IMG/VR virus record: IMGVR_UViG_3300035491_000249
Location: 1 to 39,218 of that record
From: a virus
Lineage: Duplodnaviria > Caudoviricetes
DNA length: 39,218 nucleotides
Direction: 5' to 3' (one strand)
Made by a program: the position numbers and the translations under genes. The first letter of the stretch is position 1; each line of letters opens with the position of its first letter. Under the pieces are notes generated by a model that saw only the letters and a program-made list of their open reading frames with translations, was not told where the DNA came from and searched no databases. Below are positions 8,678 to 16,359 of this stretch, in pieces.

Positions 8678-9221
8678 CCGCCTGATACAGCTGATCCATG
8701 TGGCCAAGCGTGAACTGAAGCTGGACGAGATTGCCTACCGTGCCCTGCTGGAAGGGGCCACCGGCAAGGCCAGCTGCAGCGCCATGAACGACAAGGAGCT
8801 GGAGCAGGTGCTGGCCGCCTGCGAGCGGGCCGGGTTCAAACGCCTTAAGCCCAAACGCAAATACAGCCCCCGCTCGGGCTATGCCCGCACCGCCGAGGCC
8901 GACAAGATCCGGGCGCTGTGGATACAGATGGGCAAGGACGGCTTTGTGCGCGACAGCAGCGAGACCGCCCTAAACCGCTGGTGTGCCCGTATTACCGTGG
9001 TGCTGAACCAGGGCGTGGGAGTGGGCAATGTGTCCTGGCTGGACGGCCACCTGGCCCGCAAGGTGCTGGAAGCCCTCAAGGCCTGGCACCAGCGGGAAAT
9101 GGTGCAGGCCATCGCCGACCGGGGCGGGCAACCGCCGCTAAACAACAACGGCAATATTGCCGGTTACACCCGGGTGGACTGGGTGTTTAGAAAGGGTCGC
9201 GTTTCAAACGCGACCCAGTAG
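8670..9221 (+). CDS. gemA: GemA / Mu gp16 (DUF1018) family protein
   Basis: LIQLIHVAKRELKLDE..YRALL..TGKASCSAM, KIRALW, LEALKAW. Confidence 0.85.
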   Translation: MRNRLIQLIHVAKRELKLDEIAYRALLEGATGKASCSAMNDKELEQVLAACERAGFKRLKPKRKYSPRSGYARTAEADKIRALWIQMGKDGFVRDSSETALNRWCARITVVLNQGVGVGNVSWLDGHLARKVLEALKAWHQREMVQAIADRGGQPPLNNNGNIAGYTRVDWVFRKGRVSNATQ

Positions 9222-9249
9222 GCACACCGCAAGGTTTGATAAATAGCCC

Positions 9250-9279
9250 TTGACGGGGCGGAGCCGCTTGGCATAGAGT
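9250..9279 (+). promoter_or_regulatory. Candidate sigma70 promoter of the c4/rha cassette
   Basis: TTGACG-18 bp-TAGAGT. Confidence 0.55.
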
Positions 9280-9379
9280 TCGACCCGAGGCGTCGAAACC
9301 TCTAGTAAGCGGATACCCAGCCCCGTCAGCGTTGGCTTTTTTATGCCTGTTTTACAGCGACACCCGAGTAACACCATCT

Positions 9380-9468
9380 GTTGCGTCGGGAGGGCGAGGA
9401 ATACAATACCCCGCAAGGGGAAATAACTCCGCGGTGCTTACTGCCGTTTCGAACCTCCCGGCACCCAC
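9380..9468 (+). ncRNA. c4-like antisense RNA
   Basis: Outer stem GTCGGGAGG/CCTCCCGGC; CCCC-GCAA-GGGG hairpin; GCTTACTG (9436-9443) and GTTTCGAA (9446-9453) are complementary to site pairs both upstream and downstream. Confidence 0.78.
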
Positions 9469-9510
9469 TCGGTTTGTGGGTAACTTCGAAAAAACAGTAA
9501 GGAGGCCAAC

Positions 9511-10101
9511 ATGGCCCAGCATTCCCTTGTTACCCTGCACCAGGGTGAACCCGTCACCGGCTCGGATGTGATCGCCGAGCAGACCCAAGTCCAGCACAAG
9601 AGCATTCTTCAACTGATTCGCGGTCATCGCGCCGATCTGGAAGAGTTTGGCTTGGTCGCATTTGAAATGCGACCAAGACCGGAAGGTAAGCATGGCGGTG
9701 GAGATATGCAGATCGCTCTGCTTAACGAACAGCAAGCCACCCTGCTGCTGACCTATATGCGCAACAACGATATTGTCAGGGCATTTAAAAAAACGCTGGT
9801 CAAGGCTTTCTTCCAGTTGCGCGATCTGATGCAGGAGCAGGCCCAGACCCCGCCCGCACCGGAAGCGGTCACCATTACCGCCAGTGAATACATCGAGCTG
9901 CTTAAGGCCAAAATTGCTCTGCTGGAAGGGCCGGCCCGGGAATCCCGCCCGCCGGTGGAGCCCATTACCGACGACGAAAAGGCACACATGTACCAGCTCG
10001 CCGACCTTGGCCTCGGCCACCGGGAAATTGCCCGCCGCACCGGCCGCAGCGCCGCCGCCGTCAGCTACATCGTCCGGGCCTACAAGGAGCAGCAGTCATG
10101 A
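9511..10101 (+). CDS. rha: Rha-family regulatory protein with C-terminal HTH
   Basis: SDVIAEQTQVQHKSILQLIR, LLNEQQATLLLTYMRN and FKKTLVKAFF; C-terminal GLGHREIARRTGRS. Confidence 0.85.
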   Translation: MAQHSLVTLHQGEPVTGSDVIAEQTQVQHKSILQLIRGHRADLEEFGLVAFEMRPRPEGKHGGGDMQIALLNEQQATLLLTYMRNNDIVRAFKKTLVKAFFQLRDLMQEQAQTPPAPEAVTITASEYIELLKAKIALLEGPARESRPPVEPITDDEKAHMYQLADLGLGHREIARRTGRSAAAVSYIVRAYKEQQS

Positions 10102-10319
10102 GCCACATCACCCCCCACGAACTGGACCTGTACCGCGCCCAGGTGTTGCACGAGCTGGACGAGCTGCAATGCTGCTTCGACGCCATCGCCAACCTGCTGG
10201 CCCCTGAGCCGGCCATGGACGGCAAACACCGCGACCACATCAGCACCCTGATGCACCGGCTCAGCCAGGAGCAGGCCACCCTGCTGGAGCAGCTACGCCA
10301 CCCCGAGCTGCATATCTAG
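10098..10319 (+). CDS. Hypothetical protein
   Basis: ATGA overlap with rha; followed by a terminator. Confidence 0.7.
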   Translation: MSHITPHELDLYRAQVLHELDELQCCFDAIANLLAPEPAMDGKHRDHISTLMHRLSQEQATLLEQLRHPELHI

Positions 10320-10323
10320 CCCC

Positions 10324-10350
10324 AAAAACCCGCTTCGCGCGGGTTTTTTT
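10324..10350 (+). terminator. Intrinsic terminator, possibly bidirectional
   Basis: AAAAACCCGC-TTCGC-GCGGGTTTTTTT. Confidence 0.8.
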
Positions 10351-10415
10351 ATGTCCGGTCACCGGCACTAACCGGCGTTACTGGGGCGGGCGGGGCGGCT
10401 GGGGTAGCCTTGGCG

Positions 10416-10489
10416 TCGGTTGATTTTGCCTTTTGCGAGCGGTTGACAGTGCGAGTTTGCCCACCCTGTTATGGGGTGGGCTTTTTTTT
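10416..10489 (+). ncRNA. Candidate ~75-nt small RNA
   Basis: Preceded by the late-promoter motif (10369-10410) and ends in terminator GCCCACCC/GGGTGGGC-T8; no ORF. The 5' end is estimated. Confidence 0.5.
10459..10489 (+). terminator. Intrinsic terminator
   Basis: 8-bp GC stem followed by T8. Confidence 0.8.
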
Positions 10490-10554
10490 GCCTTGAGAGG
10501 GGCTTTAGTAAGGGGCTTTAAACGGCAGTTGGGCGGGGCTTTGCTAGGGTGAAG

Positions 10555-10968
10555 TCAGCCGCCAAACCAGCGCGCCGCGCCGGCGGCCAGCACCGCCTTT
10601 ACGGTTTCCGCCAGCAGGGTTTTGCTGCCCTCAATGGCGGCGGTGCCAAGGCGTTCGCCCAGGGGCGGCTGGCCGGCCAGGGCCTCGGGCACGGTGCACA
10701 GCGCCTCCAGCCCCTTGGGGGTGAGTACGGCGTCCCACACCAGCACGCAGTTTTCATGGTCGTAGCGCAGGTAGCCGGATGCCGACAGCCAGCGCACCGT
10801 GGCCATAAAGAACTGGCTGGCGTCGTCCAGCTGATCTTGTTCGTTCAGCACCGGCGTAATGTTGTAGTCGGCACAGGCCAGGTTGCGGGGCAGCGGAAAG
10901 GCGCGGTACAGGTCGGCCAGAATGCGGGCCGTCAGTTCATTGAATTGGTCAATATTGGAGGCAGTCAT
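10555..10968 (-). CDS. Hypothetical protein (moron-like, opposite strand), possible winged helix
   Basis: 137 aa, GAGGA RBS; FFMATVRWLSASGYL..AVLTPKGLEAL. Confidence 0.75.
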   Translation of the reverse strand: MTASNIDQFNELTARILADLYRAFPLPRNLACADYNITPVLNEQDQLDDASQFFMATVRWLSASGYLRYDHENCVLVWDAVLTPKGLEALCTVPEALAGQPPLGERLGTAAIEGSKTLLAETVKAVLAAGAARWFGG

Positions 10969-11164
10969 GCAGAGATCCTCGGCTCAGGAAAAAAAACGCC
11001 AGCACTGGCAGGAGTTTGCAGATTACATGAGTCAGCTGGAGCGTGGCCATATCAGTTATTCCCAGGCGAAGCTGTTTTTTACCCGCATGATGCGGGAAGC
11101 GGGCCCGGACGAAATGGCCGACATGCTGGCCGCCCGGCTTACCGCCAGAAAGGTCAACCGCTAG
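10967..11164 (+). CDS. Hypothetical protein
   Basis: ATG at 10967 after GGAGG; shares CATG with the start of the divergent gene. Confidence 0.5.
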   Translation: MQRSSAQEKKRQHWQEFADYMSQLERGHISYSQAKLFFTRMMREAGPDEMADMLAARLTARKVNR

Positions 11165-11173
11165 GGAGCGCCC

Positions 11174-11452
11174 ATGCAACTTCACTATCGTAATGGCTGG
11201 CACCGGGTGGGCATTGCCCTGGATCAGGTGCTCAATGCCCTGCTGGGCGGCAACCCGGACGAAACGCTGTCGGCCCGGGCCTGGCGGGAAGAACAGTTGG
11301 GCAGTGCCCGCTGGGGCCGCTGTCGCCGGGCCATTGACCGGCTGTTCTTCTGGCAGTCGCAGCACTGCCGGGCGGCGTTCCGGGCCGAGGCCCGCACCCG
11401 TCGCCGCTGGCTGCATGAATATGGCGAGCTGTTCTATCGCGCCGACGTTTAG
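11174..11452 (+). CDS. Hypothetical phage protein
   Basis: IALDQVLNALLGGNPDETLSARAWR..IDRLFFWQ..HC motif recalled from phage proteins; GGAG RBS. Confidence 0.7.
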   Translation: MQLHYRNGWHRVGIALDQVLNALLGGNPDETLSARAWREEQLGSARWGRCRRAIDRLFFWQSQHCRAAFRAEARTRRRWLHEYGELFYRADV

Positions 11453-11468
11453 CTGAGTTTTTATACAG
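11453..11468. promoter_or_regulatory. LexA (SOS) box-like site 1
   Basis: CTG-AGTTTTTATA-CAG (CTG-N10-CAG) followed by TA. Confidence 0.6.
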
Positions 11469-11521
11469 TAGTTCAATAAAGTGGGATTCCCGCCTCGGCG
11501 GGATTTTTCTTATACTGTCCA

Positions 11522-11537
11522 CTGGATAAATGATCAG
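11522..11537. promoter_or_regulatory. LexA (SOS) box-like site 2
   Basis: CTG-GATAAATGAT-CAG, 5 nt downstream of a -10-like TATACT (11511-11516) and abutting the RBS of the activator gene. Confidence 0.65.
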
Positions 11538-11546
11538 GGGGAAGTC

Positions 11547-11951
11547 ATGCAGGAAGAACAGACCGAGTTATTCGACACCCATCAGCTGGATCCGGCCATT
11601 CTTGCCCACCTGGACGACATCGCCCCCGACGAGCAGGAGCGCTGGCCCGAGCTGCTGAAGGAATTCCATGACGTGCTGAAAGCCGAGCTGGGCCGCCAGG
11701 GAGTGAGTGCGGCCATTGCCCCCGGCCTGCTGCTGGCCATTTGCGAGCACCTGGGCGGCTGCCAGGTGTACATTCCCCGGGGCGATGCACTGCGTCGTTC
11801 GGTGCGCGACATGCAGATCTGGAACGAGTTCAACGGCCACAACGTGGACGAGCTGGCCCGCCGCCACCGCATGAGCTTTGTCAGTGTCTACAAGGCGCTG
11901 GCCCGAATGCGCGCTCTGGAGCGCAAGCGCCGCCAGCCCGAGCTGTTCTGA
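11547..11951 (+). CDS. mor: Mor/C-family transcription activator
   Basis: RWPELL, LGGCQVYIPRGD, RDMQIWNEFNGHNVDELARRH and RRQPELF. Confidence 0.9.
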   Translation: MQEEQTELFDTHQLDPAILAHLDDIAPDEQERWPELLKEFHDVLKAELGRQGVSAAIAPGLLLAICEHLGGCQVYIPRGDALRRSVRDMQIWNEFNGHNVDELARRHRMSFVSVYKALARMRALERKRRQPELF

Positions 11952-11982
11952 ACGCTCCCCTGATAAACCCCCCTCGACTTAC

Positions 11983-12025
11983 TAGCCGGGTTTAATTCCC
12001 GGCCCCCCGATTTGCCGGGCACACT
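11983..12025 (+). promoter_or_regulatory. Late promoter motif (lysis operon)
   Basis: TAGCCGGGTTTAA-24 nt-CACACT. Confidence 0.6.
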
Positions 12026-12054
12026 GGAGCCAATGTGAACCAGTGGAGAGCACC

Positions 12055-12621
12055 ATGCCGGTACTCAATTTTGCCCATCCCTACAGTGATGATTTTCGCC
12101 ATGCGGTGGTGTTTATCCTGGCCGCCGAGGGCTCGTTCCGGGCCGACGGCGGTTACGTTAATCACCCCAACGATCCGGGCGGTGAAACCAAACACGGCAT
12201 CTCCAAACGGGCCTACCCGAATGAAGACATTCGCCACCTCACCCAGGAACGGGCGGTGTTTTTGTATCACCGCGACTACTGGCGGGCCGCCCATTGCCAC
12301 GAGTGGCCCAGTGGGGTGGGGCTGGCGGTGCTGGATGCGGCCGTGCAGCACGGTTACCGCACCGCCATCGAGCTGCTGCAGGAGGTGGCCGGGGTCAAGC
12401 CCGACGGCCTGGTGGGCCCCAAGACCCGCGCCGCCGTGCAGGGTGCCGACCCCGAATGGCTGATCGCCCGGCTGGCCCTGCGCCGCGCCCGGCTCTATGC
12501 CCGCATTCTGCGTAACAAGCCCGCCCAGGGCGTGTTTATCGAGGGCTGGCACAACCGGCTGCGTGATCTCACCGACGCCTGCTGGCAAGTGGTGGGCCAG
12601 CCTGGGCGGCGGGCCGCCTGA
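12055..12621 (+). CDS. Endolysin, glycoside hydrolase family 108 with peptidoglycan-binding domain
   Basis: EG...GGYVNHPNDPGGETKHGIS, DAAVQHG, DGLVGPKT and GWHNRL. Confidence 0.9.
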   Translation: MPVLNFAHPYSDDFRHAVVFILAAEGSFRADGGYVNHPNDPGGETKHGISKRAYPNEDIRHLTQERAVFLYHRDYWRAAHCHEWPSGVGLAVLDAAVQHGYRTAIELLQEVAGVKPDGLVGPKTRAAVQGADPEWLIARLALRRARLYARILRNKPAQGVFIEGWHNRLRDLTDACWQVVGQPGRRAA

Positions 12622-12884
12622 TGGGCAAGGGCTGGGATCACAGCCGCAAGGTGGGTCGGGCCGACCGGCTGCGCCAGGAGGTGGCCCATCGCCTTTACGG
12701 AGGCCCGCTCCCCACGGCCACCGATTACACCGGGTGCTGCGGCACCCACGCCAGTTACTACCGGCGCGGCTGGCATAGCGTCACCGAGCTGGACATTTTG
12801 CAAATGTGCCAACGGGTTAAGGAAAAATATGGAACCGCTATCCCTGATTGCAACGGCCACCGGCATTGCCCGGCTGGCCACTGA
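12621..12884 (+). CDS. Hypothetical lysis-cassette protein
   Basis: TGATG coupling; MGKGWD..YYRRGWHSVT. Confidence 0.65.
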   Translation: MGKGWDHSRKVGRADRLRQEVAHRLYGGPLPTATDYTGCCGTHASYYRRGWHSVTELDILQMCQRVKEKYGTAIPDCNGHRHCPAGH

Positions 12885-13431
12885 ACACGGCCCGGGCCTG
12901 CTGCGCTCGGTGGGCAAGCTGCTGGGCGGCAAGGCCGGCGACACCGCCGACACCATCGCGACCCTTACCGAGCAGGTGGGCAATGCCGCCGGCCTGAGCG
13001 AGGGTGAGCGCACCAGCCGCCTGCGCGATGCCATTACCGATCTGCCGCCGGAGCACCAGCTGGAGCTGGCCCGCATTCAGTATCAAGCCGAGAACGAGGC
13101 GCTGCGCATTGAGACCGAGCGGGAGCTGGCCCGGCTGCGTGACCGCCAGGCCGAGCATGAGCAAACCCAAACCACCATTCGCCAGGGCGACGTGGCGGAA
13201 GATACCTACATCCGCCGCACCCGCCCGGGCATGGCACGGGGCTCCTGCTGGGGGGCGCTGGCCTATGTGTTTGCCTTTGAGCTGCTGGGCGCCTTTGGCA
13301 AGGGCGGTGGAGCAAGCTGGGAGCTGGCGGCGTTTCTGGCCTCGCCGGCGCTCACCTATCTGGGCCTGCGCACCCTGGACGGCTTTGCTCCCTACAGCAA
13401 GTCGAGCCGTGACAAGCGGAGGGCGCCATGA
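12829..13431 (+). CDS. Holin-like membrane protein
   Basis: C-terminal hydrophobic segments after YIRRTRP, ending TYLGLRTLD, like 3TM/GTA-type holins. Confidence 0.6.
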   Translation: MEPLSLIATATGIARLATEHGPGLLRSVGKLLGGKAGDTADTIATLTEQVGNAAGLSEGERTSRLRDAITDLPPEHQLELARIQYQAENEALRIETERELARLRDRQAEHEQTQTTIRQGDVAEDTYIRRTRPGMARGSCWGALAYVFAFELLGAFGKGGGASWELAAFLASPALTYLGLRTLDGFAPYSKSSRDKRRAP

Positions 13432-13667
13432 GCGATGTATTCGACCGGGCCAGCAGGCTTGAAACGGAAGAACGGGAGCGGCTGATTGCCGCCCGCCTGA
13501 ACCGGCCGGCGGAGCTGCCCGACGAAGACGAACGCGGCCGCTACTGCCTGGACTGCGGCGACACCATACCGCCGGCCCGAGTGCTGAGCGTGGGAGCGGT
13601 GCGCTGTGTGGAGTGCCAGCAGGGCAAGGAGCACCGGGAGGCCGTGCGTGTGGGACACCGTTATTAA
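13428..13667 (+). CDS. TraR/DksA C4 zinc-finger protein
   Basis: DVFDRAS, CLDCGDTIPPAR..CVECQ. Confidence 0.88.
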   Translation: MSDVFDRASRLETEERERLIAARLNRPAELPDEDERGRYCLDCGDTIPPARVLSVGAVRCVECQQGKEHREAVRVGHRY

Positions 13668-13974
13668 AAACTGGCCGCCGATTTTTGCCGGGCTCAGCCT
13701 GGCGGGCACGGTGGGGCTGATGTTGCTGGGCAAAACCTACGCCAAGCGCGAGAGCGTGGAGTTCCTTCAGGGGGAGCTGGCGTCGGTGCGGCAACGCATG
13801 GATTACCTGGAAAAGGCGGTGGACGACCTGCCCAGCCACCAGGAGATCAGCGCGCTCAAGCTGGAAATGTCGGAGCTGCGCGGTGATCTCAAGGCCATCC
13901 GCCCGGAGCTTAGGCGGCTGGACCGGCTGAGTGATTTGCTGCTGGAGAACGAGCTGAAGGATAAGAACGCATGA
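13648..13974 (+). CDS. DUF2730-like membrane-anchored coiled-coil protein
   Basis: GTG at 13648; N-terminal transmembrane segment, TYAKRE, LPS, LLLENELK. Confidence 0.7.
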   Translation: MWDTVIKNWPPIFAGLSLAGTVGLMLLGKTYAKRESVEFLQGELASVRQRMDYLEKAVDDLPSHQEISALKLEMSELRGDLKAIRPELRRLDRLSDLLLENELKDKNA

Positions 13975-14261
13975 TGAAGACGCTTTTGGAAGAAGACCAA
14001 CGTCTGGTGCTGCTGCGCAGCCTGCTGGACTGCGGCGGCGATGCCAACGAGTCGGTGCTGCAAACCTGCCTGGATACCTACGGCCACCGGCTGAGCCGGG
14101 ACGCGGTGCGCATGCACCTGGCCTGGCTGGAGGAGATGGGGCTGATTGCCGTTAACCGCCTGCCCGAGTGCATGGTGGCCACCATCAGCGGTCGGGGCCA
14201 GGACGTGGCCGAGGGGCGGGTGCTGGTGCCGGGGGTGAAAAAGCCCAGGGCCAGGGGGTGA
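13971..14261 (+). CDS. Mu gp26-like winged-helix protein
   Basis: EDQRLVLLRSL, SRDAVRMHLAWLEEMGL and RGQDVAEGR..PGVKKP. Confidence 0.8.
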   Translation: MMKTLLEEDQRLVLLRSLLDCGGDANESVLQTCLDTYGHRLSRDAVRMHLAWLEEMGLIAVNRLPECMVATISGRGQDVAEGRVLVPGVKKPRARG

Positions 14262-14263
14262 GC

Positions 14264-14848
14264 ATGAGCGACGACGCCAAAAGCCGCACCACCCGGGGGC
14301 GGCCGTCCAAGGTGGACCTGCTGCCCGACGAAATTCGCTCCGCCCTGCACGCCATGCTGCGGGACAAGCGCCATACCCAGACCGACATTCGCGAGGCGGT
14401 CAACCAGCTGATTGACGAGCACGGCCTGCCGGACGATCTCAAGCTGAGCCGGTCGGGGCTGAACCGCTACGCCAGCAGCATGGAGCAGGTGGGATCGCGC
14501 ATTCGCGAGGCACGGGAAGTGTCGCGCCAGTGGATTGCCCAGCTGGGCACCGAGCCGGAAGGGGAGGTGTCGCGGGTGCTGGTGGAAATGGTGCGCACCC
14601 TGGCGTTTGATTCGGTGATCAAAATGTCCGAGTCCGGCGAGCCGCTGCCGCCCAAGTTTATTAAAGAATTGGCCATCGGCGTGGAGCGGCTGGAGAAGGC
14701 CGCCAGCGAGAGCCAGAAGCGCGAGCTGGAAATCCGCAAGCAGATCGCCGCCGAGGCGGCCGACGCGGCCGAGGCCATCGTCAAGCAGGCGGGCATTACC
14801 GCCGACACCGCTGCCGACATCAAGCGGCAGATTTTGGGGATTGCGTGA
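14264..14848 (+). CDS. Mu gp27-like small terminase (DUF3486)
   Basis: GRPSKVDLLP, SRSGLNRY, ILGIA C-terminus; precedes the large terminase. Confidence 0.85.
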   Translation: MSDDAKSRTTRGRPSKVDLLPDEIRSALHAMLRDKRHTQTDIREAVNQLIDEHGLPDDLKLSRSGLNRYASSMEQVGSRIREAREVSRQWIAQLGTEPEGEVSRVLVEMVRTLAFDSVIKMSESGEPLPPKFIKELAIGVERLEKAASESQKRELEIRKQIAAEAADAAEAIVKQAGITADTAADIKRQILGIA

Positions 14849-16359
14849 TGACCGGTCACCAGTCTGCGCTGAGCGGGTTTGACCCGGGCGAGGTGCTGCT
14901 GCCCTATCAAAAAGCCTGGGTGGCCGATACCTCACCGCTGAAGATTGCAGAAAAGTCGCGCCGTACCGGCCTGACCTGGGCCGAGGCGGCGGACGCGGCG
15001 CTCACCACCTCCCTGGCCCGCAGCGCCGGCGGCACCAACCACTTCTATGTGGGCAGCAACAAGGAGATGGCCAGGGAGTTTATCGACGCCGTGGCCATGT
15101 GGGCCAAGGCCTTTGACCGGGCCGCCGGCGACATCCAGGAAGAAGTGCTGGTCGACGAAGACAAGGACATTCTCACCTTTGTGGTGTACTTCGCGTCGGG
15201 CTATAAAGTGGTGGCGCTGTCGTCCAACCCCAGCAACCTGCGGGGCATGCAGGGCAATGTGACCATTGACGAGGCGGCGTTTCACGACCGGCTGGCGGAA
15301 GTGCTCAAGGCAGCCCTGGCCCTCACCATGTGGGGTGCCAAGGTGCGGTTAATCAGTACCCATAACGGCGTTGAACACCTGTTTAACGAGCTGATCCAGG
15401 ACAGCCGCGCCGGCAAGAAAGATTATTCGGTGCACACCATCACCCTGGACCATGCCTGCGGGCAGGGGCTGTACCGGCGCATTTGCCAGATCAAGGGCGA
15501 CACCTGGAGCCAGGAAAAAGAGGACGCCTGGAAGGCGGCGCTGCTCAAGGCCACCGCCACCGAAGAAGACGCCCTGGAAGAATACTATTGCGTGCCCAAG
15601 GCCTCGGGCGGGGCCTGGCTGAGCCGTGCCCTGGTGGAGTCGCGCATGTCGCCCGACACGCCGGTGTTGCGGCTGGAGTGCCCCGCCGGCTTTGAGCTGA
15701 AGTCGGATGAGGTGCGCCGCAGCCACGTGGCGGACTGGCTGGAGGACCACCTTTCCCCGTTGCTGGCCCGGCTCAACCCGGACCAGTGCCACTTTCTGGG
15801 CGAGGACTTTGGCCGCAGCGGCGACCTCACCGTGCTGGTGCCCCTGGCCCAGCAGCAGGATCTGGTGCGGCGCTGCCCCTTTGCCCTGGAGCTGCGCAAC
15901 GTGCCGTTCCGCCAGCAGGAGCAGATTGTGTTTTACCTGCTCGACCGGCTGCCGCGCTTTTTGGGCGGGGCCTTTGATGCCAGGGGCAACGGCCAGTACC
16001 TGGCGGAGGTGGCCATGCAGCGTTATGGCGCGTCGCGCATCGCCCAGGTGATGCTCACCGAATCCTGGTATCGGGAGCACATGCCGCCGGTGAAGGCGGC
16101 GTTTGAGGACGGCACCCTGGCCGATCTGCCACGGGATGCCGACTGGCTGACCGACCTGCGCCAGGTGCAGGTGATCAAGGGGGTGCCGCGCATTCCCGAC
16201 ACCCGCACTCAAGGGGCCGACAAGGGCAAGCGCCACGGTGACGCGGCGGTGGCGGTGGCGCTGGCCTGGTATGCCAGCCGCGAACTGAACAAGGGGCCGG
16301 TGACGGTCAGTTCCCGCCGCTCCCGCCGGGTTAATTCATTACTGCGAGGCTACGGATGA
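14848..16359 (+). CDS. Terminase large subunit (Mu gp28-like)
   Basis: LLPYQKAW, EKSRRTGLTW, IDEAAFH, ISTHNG, GEDFGRSGD and RHGDAAVA. Confidence 0.93.
   Translation: MTGHQSALSGFDPGEVLLPYQKAWVADTSPLKIAEKSRRTGLTWAEAADAALTTSLARSAGGTNHFYVGSNKEMAREFIDAVAMWAKAFDRAAGDIQEEVLVDEDKDILTFVVYFASGYKVVALSSNPSNLRGMQGNVTIDEAAFHDRLAEVLKAALALTMWGAKVRLISTHNGVEHLFNELIQDSRAGKKDYSVHTITLDHACGQGLYRRICQIKGDTWSQEKEDAWKAALLKATATEEDALEEYYCVPKASGGAWLSRALVESRMSPDTPVLRLECPAGFELKSDEVRRSHVADWLEDHLSPLLARLNPDQCHFLGEDFGRSGDLTVLVPLAQQQDLVRRCPFALELRNVPFRQQEQIVFYLLDRLPRFLGGAFDARGNGQYLAEVAMQRYGASRIAQVMLTESWYREHMPPVKAAFEDGTLADLPRDADWLTDLRQVQVIKGVPRIPDTRTQGADKGKRHGDAAVAVALAWYASRELNKGPVTVSSRRSRRVNSLLRGYG

Noticed and set aside
9233-9243. 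GGTTTGATAAA matches the left-end repeats; possible internal transposase site
   Set aside because: Single short copy with no nearby TG/CA end; may be chance.
9332-9571. 79-aa 'Ash-like' ORF
   Set aside because: It coincides with the c4-like RNA structure and overlaps rha out of frame; the RNA explains the sequence better.
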